This document shows, piece by piece, positions 46,827 through 56,731 of a DNA stretch of 64,000 nt. Source of the stretch: Desulfosudaceae bacterium (GTDB taxonomy: Bacteria; Desulfobacterota; Desulfobacteria; Desulfobacterales; Desulfosudaceae); assembly GCA_963674745.2 (NCBI GenBank), contig CAXXDV010000003.1, forward strand, positions 352,001 through 416,000, in the 5' to 3' direction. The notes beneath the pieces were generated by a model that did no database searches, was not told where the DNA came from, and worked only from the letters and a program-made list of their open reading frames with translations. Position numbers and translations under genes: made by a program. The stretch's first letter is position 1, and the number at the start of each line of letters is the position of its first letter.

Positions 46827-48905
46827 ATGATAAAAAACGTATTCAAAAAACTGTACTGTTGTAAAAAAGCATGTCTGATGTTTTTATTCGTGCCGGCTCT
46901 TTTTTTGGGGATTTTACCCTCAGCCGGGGCCGCTGACGATACGTCCAGTCCCACGGTTTATAAACTGGATAATATCGTTGTATCCACCACCCGCAACGAA
47001 ATACCGGTCAGTGACGCGGCGCAGACTGTCACGGTTCTGTCTAAAGAAGATATCATGGCCTCACCGTTTGACCGGGTAGAAGACATTATCCGCAGCGTTC
47101 CCGGCGTTTACAATACCCGGCATTTCGGCACCCAGACCAGCGGTGTCTCCAATCCCATCACCGTCCGCGGCGTCGGCGGCAACCGGGTCCTGTTGCTGGT
47201 GGACGGTGTCCCCCAGAACGACAATTTTAACAACTCCATCGCCTGGGTGGCCTGGGGTCATATCCCCAAGGAGGCCATCGAACGGATTGAAATCGTCCGC
47301 GGTCCTTCTTCGGCCATGTACGGTTCGGAAGGCATCGGCGGTGTGGTCCATATCATTACCAAAACGCCGGACACGGTCCGCAATACTTCCGTCCGGGCCG
47401 AAGCCGGTACGTCCGACACGTATGCCGGATACGGTTTTCACAGCCAGACAATGGATAATCTCGGCCTGCTGATCGCCGGCGGATATGAAGAATCGGACGG
47501 TTTTTACATGACGGAAGACCCTGAAAGCTACGAGATCAAACGGCATCGGGAGGTCGGTAAAGTTTTCGGGAAAGTGCGCTATGAGCTGGATGATACCGCC
47601 AGTCTCGAAATTTCAACCTTGTATTATGACCATGAAACCGGTAAGGGGCGGAAATATTTTTATGATGAACTCCAGCTCAACCATTACACCGTGAATTATA
47701 CCCGGCAGGCCGACACCGGTCTGGGGATCAAGGGCCTGATGTATTACAACCGGGCGGATAAGTTCGCTTACCAGGACAGTTCCAAAGACAACTTCGCTTC
47801 TCTGCTTCGCAAGGAAGATTCGCCTTCTTCAACCTGGGGCGCGGACCTGCAGGGTATTGTGCCGATCAGCGATCGTGCGGATTTGACGCTGGGGGCGGCG
47901 TTTAAGAAAACCGCCTGGGATTATGACGACAAATTCGTCAACAACCCCCGTGATGAAGGGGCGGAAGGCACCCAGCAGTATCTGGCGCCTTTTGTCAACC
48001 TGAACATGAAATTTTTGGCCGATGACCGGCTGGTGGTCGACCTGGGTGCCCGGTATGACTGGATCAAAACCAGTGACGGGGCCAACTGGGATGATGATCC
48101 GGATGCAGGGGCACCCTACAGTAACGAATACGGATCCGAGAATGAGAGCAGTTTTTCACCAAAAATCGGCGTCGCCTTCCATCCGGACGCCAAAACCACT
48201 TTGCGGGCGTCAGTCGGCAAAGGCTTCCGGGCGCCCAGTCTGTTTGAACTTTACAAGGTCCATGTGCGCCAGGGCGGGCGGTCATACCGGCACGCCAACC
48301 CGAATCTGGAACCGGAAGAAATCTGGGCTTACGATATCGGTGTGGAACGGATGCTGTTGGACAGGCTGCGGGGCAGCCTGACATTTTATCAGTCTTTTGC
48401 GGATGATTATATCGGCACCCGGCTGATCAACAGCTATGAAAAAAACGGCAAAACGTTTAATGAGTATATCCTGGACAACATCAGCCAAGTGGAAATGCAT
48501 GGCGTCGAGGCGGAATTGAACTGGTATCCGCGAACCGACCTGGCATTTTTCGGCAATTACACCTGGAATGTGTCTGAAATCGAAAAAAACGAGGCGGATC
48601 CGTTTGAAGAGGGCAAATACCTGACCAATGACCCCAAACATAAAATCCATGTCGGCGCGACCTACAGCAATCCTGATCTTGTCAACGTCACGCTGCTTTG
48701 GAACCGTTATATCGACAAGTACTATGATATTGACGAACTGACCCAGGGAAAGGACAGTTTCTGGAGCGTTGACCTTCAACTTTCCCGCCGTTTTTTGGAT
48801 CGTCTGACCGCCTACGTGAGCGCGGAAAATATTTTTGACAGCGTGGACAATGAAGCTATCGCTCCCGGTGCCATTTATAAGGGCGGCGTGAAACTTGAAT
48901 TTTAA
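46827..48905 (+). CDS. TonB-dependent receptor
   Basis: TonB box DNIVVS, plug LLLVDGVP and IERIEIVRGPSSAMYG..GGVV, NPNLEPE, ENIFD, terminal F. Confidence 0.93.
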   Translation: MIKNVFKKLYCCKKACLMFLFVPALFLGILPSAGAADDTSSPTVYKLDNIVVSTTRNEIPVSDAAQTVTVLSKEDIMASPFDRVEDIIRSVPGVYNTRHFGTQTSGVSNPITVRGVGGNRVLLLVDGVPQNDNFNNSIAWVAWGHIPKEAIERIEIVRGPSSAMYGSEGIGGVVHIITKTPDTVRNTSVRAEAGTSDTYAGYGFHSQTMDNLGLLIAGGYEESDGFYMTEDPESYEIKRHREVGKVFGKVRYELDDTASLEISTLYYDHETGKGRKYFYDELQLNHYTVNYTRQADTGLGIKGLMYYNRADKFAYQDSSKDNFASLLRKEDSPSSTWGADLQGIVPISDRADLTLGAAFKKTAWDYDDKFVNNPRDEGAEGTQQYLAPFVNLNMKFLADDRLVVDLGARYDWIKTSDGANWDDDPDAGAPYSNEYGSENESSFSPKIGVAFHPDAKTTLRASVGKGFRAPSLFELYKVHVRQGGRSYRHANPNLEPEEIWAYDIGVERMLLDRLRGSLTFYQSFADDYIGTRLINSYEKNGKTFNEYILDNISQVEMHGVEAELNWYPRTDLAFFGNYTWNVSEIEKNEADPFEEGKYLTNDPKHKIHVGATYSNPDLVNVTLLWNRYIDKYYDIDELTQGKDSFWSVDLQLSRRFLDRLTAYVSAENIFDSVDNEAIAPGAIYKGGVKLEF

Positions 48906-48930
48906 AAATATAAAAAAGGAATTTTTGATC

Positions 48931-49638
48931 ATGAAAAAAAGTGTGCTATGGATAATGACCATACTGTTGTTAACCACCCCGGCTTCCGCTCATTATCTGT
49001 GGGTTTCCGTTCAAGACGGTCACTATGCTGTCAATCGCGGTATACTCTCAAAGCCTCAGGAAGCCTATGATCCCTCTTGTGTCAAAACCATCAAAGCTTA
49101 TGGCCGGGATGGAATGACCATACCTGTTCAGGCCGTTGCCGAACCTGAACAAATGATTTTTAAAGCGGATCGGCCGGCAGCTATGGCGGTTGTCGTCAGT
49201 GACTGGGGATATCGTGTTAATACCACATCCGGAAAGAAATTTATGACCCGGCAACAGGCCGAGGAAAAAGGGTTGAATGTTATCAGCGCTTTTTTTTCAA
49301 GGCAGTTTTCAAAAACGATTTTTACTTTTTCAGCCGAGCAGCTTAATCCCGCAGGTCTGACGTTTGAAATTGTTCCCCTGGCTGATCCGACCGCTGCCAA
49401 GCCGGGTTCTTCGATTCCGTTCAAGCTGCTTTATCAGGGCCAGCCCCTGGAGAAGATTACCATTTATACCCATGACCGGCAAAAGATCGATACCAATGAA
49501 CAAGGCGAATTTCAGGTGCCCGTTCAACAGTCCGGATTCCACTCTTTTTATGCCAGATATAAAATCCCTGAAAAAAACAATCCTGAAATGGATTACCTGC
49601 AGTTAATGACATTCATGACCTTTACAACAAAGCAATAA
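48931..49638 (+). CDS. DUF4198-like periplasmic protein (Ni/Co uptake associated)
   Basis: Signal peptide then AHYLW (His at the mature N-terminus), FEIVPLADP, LYQGQPL, TNEQG. Confidence 0.78.
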   Translation: MKKSVLWIMTILLLTTPASAHYLWVSVQDGHYAVNRGILSKPQEAYDPSCVKTIKAYGRDGMTIPVQAVAEPEQMIFKADRPAAMAVVVSDWGYRVNTTSGKKFMTRQQAEEKGLNVISAFFSRQFSKTIFTFSAEQLNPAGLTFEIVPLADPTAAKPGSSIPFKLLYQGQPLEKITIYTHDRQKIDTNEQGEFQVPVQQSGFHSFYARYKIPEKNNPEMDYLQLMTFMTFTTKQ

Positions 49639-49760
49639 ACCTCATCCGCCTTATTCGTGTCAAAAAAATGACAGGACATGGACACGGATTAACACGGAGA
49701 ATATAAACAGCCTTCTTGAGAAAAAAATGATATTTTAAGGCTCAGCAGGGGAAGACACAT

Positions 49761-50216
49761 ATGATGCGATTGTTTTTATGGATAACGGTTATAATGCTGA
49801 CGGCGGTCTCGCCGGACCTTTCTTTTGCCCATGGTATGGTTCATCATTTTACGCAGGAAGAGGCCGTGGTTATTCGGGCGGCCTATGACGACGGCGAACC
49901 CATGAGTTATGCCGCGGTAAAAATTTATGCCCCGGACAACGCGAAGATCGAGCACCAGAACGGCCGCACCGATAAAAACGGCTGTTTCGCCTTTATCCCG
50001 GATGCCCCCGGCCAATGGCATCTGACGATTGACGGCGGCATGGGGCATATGATCACCACCGACGTGACGGTTGATGAAGACCTTGCCCTGCCAGCCGAGC
50101 CGTCCGAAGTGTCCCACCAACTGCCCCGATTTTATGGCATGGCCATGGGGTTGAGTATTATTTTCGGGCTGACCGGCTTTCTGGCCTGGTTCAAAAGCCT
50201 CAAGCAATCACCATAA
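49761..50216 (+). CDS. Nickel transport accessory-type protein (carboxypeptidase-regulatory-like fold, C-terminal TM)
   Basis: AHGM mature N-terminus, YDDGEPM, GRTDKNGCFAFIP..PGQW, GGMGH, C-terminal GLSIIFGL helix. Confidence 0.72.
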   Translation: MMRLFLWITVIMLTAVSPDLSFAHGMVHHFTQEEAVVIRAAYDDGEPMSYAAVKIYAPDNAKIEHQNGRTDKNGCFAFIPDAPGQWHLTIDGGMGHMITTDVTVDEDLALPAEPSEVSHQLPRFYGMAMGLSIIFGLTGFLAWFKSLKQSP

Positions 50217-50227
50217 CCGGTGTCCGG

Positions 50228-51055
50228 TTATTGAACGATATTGACCTTGAACTTAACGCGGTCGTTAAAACTCCGGGCATCGTTGACCGGGTTCCGGATG
50301 ATGATCTCACCCATCTTCACCCCGGGTGTCGTCCATGTCATATAGGTATAGTAAGGGAAGAATTTGCCGGGGGAAATTGGCGGTATCTGCACGGTCAGCG
50401 GCCATTGCTCCGGAAAGTTCAAGTCCATGGAGCAGGCGGGGCTGATGGCGCATCCATAATTATATACATCCAGGCCGATGAAAATTTTATCGTTGACGCC
50501 GCCATTGATAAATTTTTCCTGACAGATGCTGGGATTTTTGCAGAATCCCACATCCGGGCGGTTTTGGACGCCAATGCTGTAAGTGGCGGTATTATTGTTT
50601 TCATTGGACTCATCAACCTGGTGATGCGCGTCCAGGGTGACGGTATACGAGACCGCCAGACACCGATCAACCGACACGCCGAGTTCTCCTGAAAAGGTCA
50701 GGCTCTGGTTCGGACCGGGCACATCTAAATAATCACTTCTTCCGGTTTGGGGGGTTTCATTGAATCCGACCAGCATTTTACTCACTGTTGAAGGGCCACC
50801 GTTGTTTCTGATCACCAGTTGATAGGAACAGGTGGCACCGTTTTGAACTGTAGCCGGTTCCAGCTTGAATGTCTGGACCATAAGATCGGGTTTGGCGGGT
50901 GTGGCCGGCGTTACGGCGCCCGGAGGCCTGTTTTTGATTACAGAAGGTGTAACTTGTCTGGATGGCGCCGGCTTCAGTCTGACGTCCGCGCCATCGGCCT
51001 GGAATAAAAAAACCATTGATAAAATTAGGCTGAGAATAATCGGTCTCACGTTCAC
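50228..51055 (-). CDS. Secreted CARDB domain protein
   Basis: KPDLMV...IRNNG...LDAHHQVDESNENNN CARDB signature plus a second degenerate copy. Confidence 0.8.
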   Translation of the reverse strand: MNVRPIILSLILSMVFLFQADGADVRLKPAPSRQVTPSVIKNRPPGAVTPATPAKPDLMVQTFKLEPATVQNGATCSYQLVIRNNGGPSTVSKMLVGFNETPQTGRSDYLDVPGPNQSLTFSGELGVSVDRCLAVSYTVTLDAHHQVDESNENNNTATYSIGVQNRPDVGFCKNPSICQEKFINGGVNDKIFIGLDVYNYGCAISPACSMDLNFPEQWPLTVQIPPISPGKFFPYYTYMTWTTPGVKMGEIIIRNPVNDARSFNDRVKFKVNIVQ

Positions 51056-51147
51056 CCCCCTGAGATATACGGTTATTGTTTTCTCAACCTACCACCAAAT
51101 CTGAAAAAGGTGCAAACGCTTTTATTTGTCTGACTTCAGAGGCACTT

Positions 51148-52878
51148 TTATTTTTCGAACAGCGACAGGTAATTGTTGTAAAGCGCAGGATGTACACGGG
51201 AATAGGCGTCAAAGTCGCCGAGCAGTTCCATGCCGGGTATGATCGCCCGTACGACCGGCAGGCCGATATCTTTCCGGGTCAGGTCAACATAACAGGGCTG
51301 ATAGTGGTTTTTAATGAGCAGGGTTTCCAGCAGGACAAGGTCGGATGCATGATCATTGGTGGAATAGTCGGGCAGGTTTTCGTAACCCACCATGACCAGT
51401 TCCGTTGACGCCGGTCGAGTGGGCGGCGGGTTGGGAAAAGGGCAGGTCGTTTCGGTAATGGCTGAAATAATGGCACGCCGGGCATCCAGGTGAGCCGCAG
51501 TACCGGTGTGTATGATACCGGATTGTTCAACAACAAAACAGCGGCAGCAGGGAACGCCCATAGCCGGCGTAATATCCTGAAACCAGAGATCAATACCGGC
51601 CCGGCCGTAAGCCTCAAGAAGGGCTTCGATTCGGGCATCATGGGCCACCAGCCGGAAGCAGGTCGACAGGTCGTAGGGCACCGTGGCCGCCTGGTGCCGC
51701 TCAATAACTTCCAGCAGTGCGGCAACCCTGGCCTGGGCCGGGGTATTGCCTGATGCCAGGCCGGTAGATCCCAGTCCGGAAAACAGGGACGGTTCATCCA
51801 GGTTGCAGAACAGAAAGAGGCACTGGGCTGGAACCCATATCGGCCGGGTGTTTTCGTTCCGGTCGTGTGGATCGGGCGTTACACCCTCAACCCAGTGCAG
51901 GGTCTGATCACGGTAAGCAACTTCCAAAGACAGGCTGGAGGGATCGATGGCATTACCAACCCGTATTTCGTTGAACGTTGCCCGGCGCAACGGGTAGTCG
52001 TTCTGATAATCCGCCAGGCCGTCGTCCGATACCGCGGCAAAGGCCGAACAGCGCTCTACGATTTCCATCATCAATGAGGCCCGGGCCGCGTCCAGGGACA
52101 GCCCTCTGCCGTAACTGGTCTGTTCCCCTGAAAGGGAAAACCGGTTTCGCCGGTGATCAACCCGGCGGGCAAATTGCCATGATCGCAGAAGGCCGATGGG
52201 ACTTAAACTGGCTTCATGCCGCATGAGTTGCCCCAGTTCCACGCCGGCCTTTTCCAGCCGTTGGGCGGCGGTTGCTGCCGTCTGATCCGGGGATGGCGTC
52301 CTGGGTGGCGAGGTGCTGTTTTGACGGGTCGATACGGCCAGTTCGGATAAGGTCGCCGTCTGCCTGGTCGGTTGATTCTCAATAGTCAGTGGCGGCAGAC
52401 CCGTCTCTTCGGGGGGTATCAACGGCTTGTGTTCCTGCAGGTTGGTTCTGAAAAAAGTCGTCCATTGCCGATGAAGGGACTGATCCGGTTCCAGAAACGA
52501 ACGCAGATAAATCAACGGGGTGTGGCGGCTTATTTCGTCAATTGTTTCCGGCGAAAACTGTCCGGCCAGAGCGTCTCTTCCCTTTGTCAGCAGCAGGTGC
52601 TCGGCAACCAGGGCCCGGTAGACAGGGTTTTCTGCTTCACTGCTTTGGTTTAATAGCTGCTGCAGGGCATCGGTGGATAGTGAAGTAATACGCGTCAAAA
52701 CGTACTGGTGTAAGAAATCATCCATGGGCCGGGATTTTAACAGTGGCAACGCGTCTTCTGTGGACAACGCCTCATCCGGTGTCACGACGAAGAAGCCTGT
52801 TTGGTGGCGGGTTGTTTCCCGTGTTAATGTATAAGCCAGTTTTTTATTTTTCAAAAAGACCTCGTCTATTCGAATCAC
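51148..52878 (-). CDS. YcaO-like family protein
   Basis: YGRGLS..AARASLMMEIVER, STGLASGNT..QA..AALLEVIER, AITET, DLTR.DIGLPVVRAIIPG. Confidence 0.85.
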   Translation of the reverse strand: MIRIDEVFLKNKKLAYTLTRETTRHQTGFFVVTPDEALSTEDALPLLKSRPMDDFLHQYVLTRITSLSTDALQQLLNQSSEAENPVYRALVAEHLLLTKGRDALAGQFSPETIDEISRHTPLIYLRSFLEPDQSLHRQWTTFFRTNLQEHKPLIPPEETGLPPLTIENQPTRQTATLSELAVSTRQNSTSPPRTPSPDQTAATAAQRLEKAGVELGQLMRHEASLSPIGLLRSWQFARRVDHRRNRFSLSGEQTSYGRGLSLDAARASLMMEIVERCSAFAAVSDDGLADYQNDYPLRRATFNEIRVGNAIDPSSLSLEVAYRDQTLHWVEGVTPDPHDRNENTRPIWVPAQCLFLFCNLDEPSLFSGLGSTGLASGNTPAQARVAALLEVIERHQAATVPYDLSTCFRLVAHDARIEALLEAYGRAGIDLWFQDITPAMGVPCCRCFVVEQSGIIHTGTAAHLDARRAIISAITETTCPFPNPPPTRPASTELVMVGYENLPDYSTNDHASDLVLLETLLIKNHYQPCYVDLTRKDIGLPVVRAIIPGMELLGDFDAYSRVHPALYNNYLSLFEK

Positions 52879-52907
52879 AATTCAGGATGACCGGCCCAAA
52901 GAGGTTC

Positions 52908-55214
52908 TTAATTCCGGTATATGTCCGGAGACGGCATTTTTTCTTTCAGAAAGGCCGCGATTTCATCCCCGGTTTCCATTTTCAGGCAGGCCCTCAAAGC
53001 GGTTTGAGCATCTGACTGCCTGACAGCACAGATAAATTGTTTGGCGGCCGGAATGGAAGAGGGAATCATGCTGAGCTGATTCGCTCCCATCCCGATGAAC
53101 AGAAAAATACTTTCCCTGACGGATGCGGCTTCACCGCAGATACAGACCTGTTTGTCGAGTTGCCGGCAGGTGGACATGACCTGTTCCACCGTCGCAATAA
53201 CGGCCGGGTGGAGGGAATTGAAGTGCCGGGCCACTTTTTTGTTGTTCCGGTCCACAGCAAGCAGATATTGCATCAGATCGTTGGTGCCGATATTGACAAA
53301 ATTTACGTAACGCAGCAGGCGGTCCAAAATAGGTACGGCCGCCGGCACTTCGACCATAATACCCAGTTCGATGTCCCGGTCAAACGGTATGCCGTTCCGG
53401 TCCAGATTCCGTTTTTCATCCGCTACCAGTGCCACGACCTGTCGGATCTCTTCAACCTGGGTGATCATGGGGAACAGTAACCGGGTCTTGCCGAGGGCTG
53501 AAGCCCGCAGGATGGCCCGGATCTGGATCCGGAAAATGTCTTCCAGGTCAAGACTTAATCGAATGGCCCGCCACCCCAGAAAAGGGTTGTTTTCTTTGGG
53601 GTAATCCAGGTAGGACAAAAATTTATCACCACCCACGTCAAAGGTCCGGATGGTCAGTTCTCGACCGTCCGCTTTTTCCAGAGCCCGGGTATAAAGGGCG
53701 ACCTGTTCTTCTTCCGAAGGAAAGGTTTTGCGCAGGAGAAACGGGAACTCCGTCCGGTACAGGCCGATATGATCCGCCCCGTATTTCCGGGCCAGGAGCA
53801 GATCTGACAGGAGCCCGATGTTGGCGCCGAGCCTGACCGCAAAACCGTCCTGTGTTTCCGCCGAACGGTCCCGAAGTCCTTCCAGTTGTTTCAGTACGCG
53901 CCTGTGTTCCTCCTGGCGGTGTTCATATTTTTCGCGGATATCCGGGTCAGGATTGACGTAGACGATTCCGGATACCCCATCAACGATCAGAAAATCATTG
54001 GCGCGGACATTGTCGAATACATCCTCCACACCGATAACAATCGGGACCTCCAGGGACTTTGCCATGATAACCGTGTGTGAGGTTCGTCCTCCCCGGGCCA
54101 GCACAACGCCTTTCAGGTGCGGTTGGCGGGTGGCCAGCAGGTCTACCGGAGAAATATCCGAAGCAATGATAATCGTGTCGCGGGTAAACGCCTGGTCCGA
54201 CACTTCGTTGATGCCGACCAGGTTGCCCAGCACCCGGCGGCCGATATCCAGGATATCGGCATAACGTTCGTTCAGATAAGGGTCGTTTATGGCTTTAAAC
54301 AGGGTTACATATTTTAAAACCACCTGCTTTAAAGAGTACTCGGCACTTTCGCCCTGATTGATGAGGGCCACAATTTTTTTGCGCAGGGATTTATCGGCCA
54401 GGAACATGAGGTGCGCGTCGATAATGGCTTTTTCCTGATCCGAGAGGCTCGGGACGTTTTCAACCACCTGTTTTATCTGTCTGGCAGCGGCATCAAAGGC
54501 CTCCTCCAGACGAAGGATTTCTGCGGCCGTGTCGGTAACGGCGGTTGAATGAATATGCTCGAATTCGATGGTTTCCAGCATTAAATGGGCAAATCCGGTA
54601 GCCACCCGGTCGGAAACCGCCTCTCCGCGCAGGTGTTTCTGGTTAAGGGTGGTTTCTTTGATGGCGTTTTTCTTCCCGGTCGGCTTCAGCTTTATTGATT
54701 TGCCGGTTTCCTGCCGCTCCTCCTGAAGCATGGTAAAGGCAATGGTCGCGGCAATCTGACCGGCAATGTTATTCAATAACTGAATGTCCTCATCGGCGAT
54801 ACCTTCCTCAGCCCGGGTCTGGACAACCAGTGCACCGAGAACCTTTTTATGGTAGATCAGCGGTATCCCCAGATAGGTGTTGTAAACCTCTTCACCACTG
54901 CCGCCGTAATACTTGTACCGGGGGTGAGCGGCGGGGTTTTTGATGAAAACCGGGGCCATGGTTTCAATCACCAGACCGGTCAGCCCTTCACTTACGTCCA
55001 TTTCGATGGCACCGACCGATTTCTGGCTTAACCCGATCGTGGCTTTTAACATCAACGTGTTGGTGTAAGGATTGTAGGCATATACCGAGCAGGCATCGGT
55101 TTTAAAACGGGCCGCAATCATTCTGACAATTCGGTCCAGGGACTGATCAGGGCTGTCCGAATCGGCGATGGTTTTCAGGATACTTTCCAGAATATGGTGT
55201 CGCGCTTCATTCAT
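52908..55214 (-). CDS. ptsP: GAF-containing PEP-protein phosphotransferase (EI-Ntr type)
   Basis: N-terminal GAF, GGRTSHT phospho-His, IGLYRTEF, RTFDVGGDK, NPFLGWRAIR, MVEVP, IGTNDL, CGE. Confidence 0.93.
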   Translation of the reverse strand: MNEARHHILESILKTIADSDSPDQSLDRIVRMIAARFKTDACSVYAYNPYTNTLMLKATIGLSQKSVGAIEMDVSEGLTGLVIETMAPVFIKNPAAHPRYKYYGGSGEEVYNTYLGIPLIYHKKVLGALVVQTRAEEGIADEDIQLLNNIAGQIAATIAFTMLQEERQETGKSIKLKPTGKKNAIKETTLNQKHLRGEAVSDRVATGFAHLMLETIEFEHIHSTAVTDTAAEILRLEEAFDAAARQIKQVVENVPSLSDQEKAIIDAHLMFLADKSLRKKIVALINQGESAEYSLKQVVLKYVTLFKAINDPYLNERYADILDIGRRVLGNLVGINEVSDQAFTRDTIIIASDISPVDLLATRQPHLKGVVLARGGRTSHTVIMAKSLEVPIVIGVEDVFDNVRANDFLIVDGVSGIVYVNPDPDIREKYEHRQEEHRRVLKQLEGLRDRSAETQDGFAVRLGANIGLLSDLLLARKYGADHIGLYRTEFPFLLRKTFPSEEEQVALYTRALEKADGRELTIRTFDVGGDKFLSYLDYPKENNPFLGWRAIRLSLDLEDIFRIQIRAILRASALGKTRLLFPMITQVEEIRQVVALVADEKRNLDRNGIPFDRDIELGIMVEVPAAVPILDRLLRYVNFVNIGTNDLMQYLLAVDRNNKKVARHFNSLHPAVIATVEQVMSTCRQLDKQVCICGEAASVRESIFLFIGMGANQLSMIPSSIPAAKQFICAVRQSDAQTALRACLKMETGDEIAAFLKEKMPSPDIYRN

Positions 55215-55480
55215 AGCAATGCTTTTAAAGTTAATCCAGCCCCGATACCTTTCAGCACGGTTTTGAATGTCGGTGTTTTTTTCATCCTTTTATATCATAG
55301 GTCGGGTTTTATTTTAAGAGATACTCTTATGGGAAAGGCGATGTGATGAAAGCGTTTACCGCGAAAACATGCAAAGGAAAATTAAACGGGGGGAATTGAA
55401 ATGAAAATTTACGATTTGTATTACCGGTCTATTGTTGCAGCGCCTGTGGCAGGTATGCCGGCTGCATCCGGCAGGAGGGG

Positions 55481-56386
55481 TTAAGGCTGTGTAATGAGAA
55501 TCGAATTCGGGTCCTGTTTCTGAATGGTATCTATGACCATTTTAATTTTTCCCAGGATGTTGTCGACCGTAATCCCGTCGCCGGTGGCATCAACAATACC
55601 AAGGCTGATGGTGATGTTGATGGATTCATCATCATAAGAAAAACTGCTTTTCTTCACCAGTTCCTGAAGCTGTTCAGCAACGTTCAGTGCCGACTGGGGT
55701 GTTGTCTCCGGAAGGATAAGGCTGAATTCTTCACCGTTGTACCGGGCTACCGTGTCCACGATGCGCAGGCGGTTGATAAACAGGGAGGCCAGTTGGATTA
55801 AGACATTGTCTCCGGCCTGGGAGCCGCATTTTTCGTTAACCTGTTTGAAATTATCAATATCAATTGCAATCAGGGACAGGGGCCGTTTATAGCGTTTATG
55901 GCGTTCGATTTCATGTTTGAGTTTTGCTTCAAAATATCGCCGGTTATATATTTCCGTCAGGGTGTCCCGGGTGTTGATGTCCAGCAGTTTGGCCTCGTAG
56001 GCGGCCACTTCCGTCGCATCCTGGATGATCATATATATGTATTCGATCTCTTTGTCTTTATTATAAAGCGGTCCCAGGGTGCAATTCTGCTGCATATATT
56101 TGAATTCCGGGTCAAAATGGTGAACCGGTGATATGGGGATGATATAATTATGTAATTTTTGAGAAAAAAAGGAGAAGTTGCCGAAGCTGAAAACAGATTT
56201 GCAGTTTTTGATAAACCAGTTTTTATTGAGATTCGGAAAATAATCAAAAAGCGGTGCGCCTACAATTTCTTCAGCAGGGATCCTGGTATGCATCTCCAGC
56301 CATCTATTCCACTTTTGGACATTCAACTCACTGTCCAGAATAATAATGCCAAGATTCACCATATCAAACAGTTGTGAGAAGAACAT
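55481..56386 (-). CDS. PAS + degenerate GGDEF domain protein
   Basis: DTLTEIYNRR, DIDNFKQVN, RIVD I-site, active site NGEEF. Confidence 0.88.
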   Translation of the reverse strand: MFFSQLFDMVNLGIIILDSELNVQKWNRWLEMHTRIPAEEIVGAPLFDYFPNLNKNWFIKNCKSVFSFGNFSFFSQKLHNYIIPISPVHHFDPEFKYMQQNCTLGPLYNKDKEIEYIYMIIQDATEVAAYEAKLLDINTRDTLTEIYNRRYFEAKLKHEIERHKRYKRPLSLIAIDIDNFKQVNEKCGSQAGDNVLIQLASLFINRLRIVDTVARYNGEEFSLILPETTPQSALNVAEQLQELVKKSSFSYDDESINITISLGIVDATGDGITVDNILGKIKMVIDTIQKQDPNSILITQP

Positions 56387-56482
56387 GCGTTGCCCTCCAT
56401 GAAATTAATAGGCGATTTTAAGTATTTTTAATTATCATAAAAGGTATTAAACGTCAAACTGATAGATGGCTCAACGGAAAGT

Positions 56483-56520
56483 AAAAAAAAAACCGTAACC
56501 TTGAAAAAGGTTACGGTTTT
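56483..56520 (-). terminator. Intrinsic terminator after tRNA-Leu
   Basis: AAAACCGTAACC/GGTTACGGTTTT hairpin with a long T-tract on the minus strand. Confidence 0.85.
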
Positions 56521-56527
56521 GTTTGCG

Positions 56528-56614
56528 TGGTGCCGAAGGGGAGATTTGAACTCCCACGAGGGAACCCTCACTAGACCCTGAACCTAGCGCGTCTACCAAT
56601 TCCGCCACTTCGGC
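56528..56614 (-). tRNA. tRNA-Leu(CAG)
   Basis: GCCGAAGTGGCGGAATTGGTAGACGCG-CTAGG-TTCAGGG-TCTAG, long variable arm, GGGAGTTCAAATCTCCC-CTTCGGCACCA; 87 nt. Confidence 0.96.
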
Positions 56615-56731
56615 TTCAGCCGGACTCGATCAATTAATGATTGCGTCTTTAACTGAATTTTTCTATATAAAAAGATTATAACATTCTGTCAAGCAATAAT
56701 GTGACTTTGAAAGAGAGGTTTGCAAAAAAAA

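Noticed and set aside
35822..52878. YcaO plus repeat peptide plus TonB receptor as one RiPP/metallophore cluster
   Set aside because: The genes are 15 kb apart, on different strands and separated by unrelated operons, and the peptide is secreted whereas YcaO is cytoplasmic.
56528..56614. tRNA-Leu as an integration site for an island
   Set aside because: No integrase adjacent and no duplicated tRNA 3' end seen in the window.
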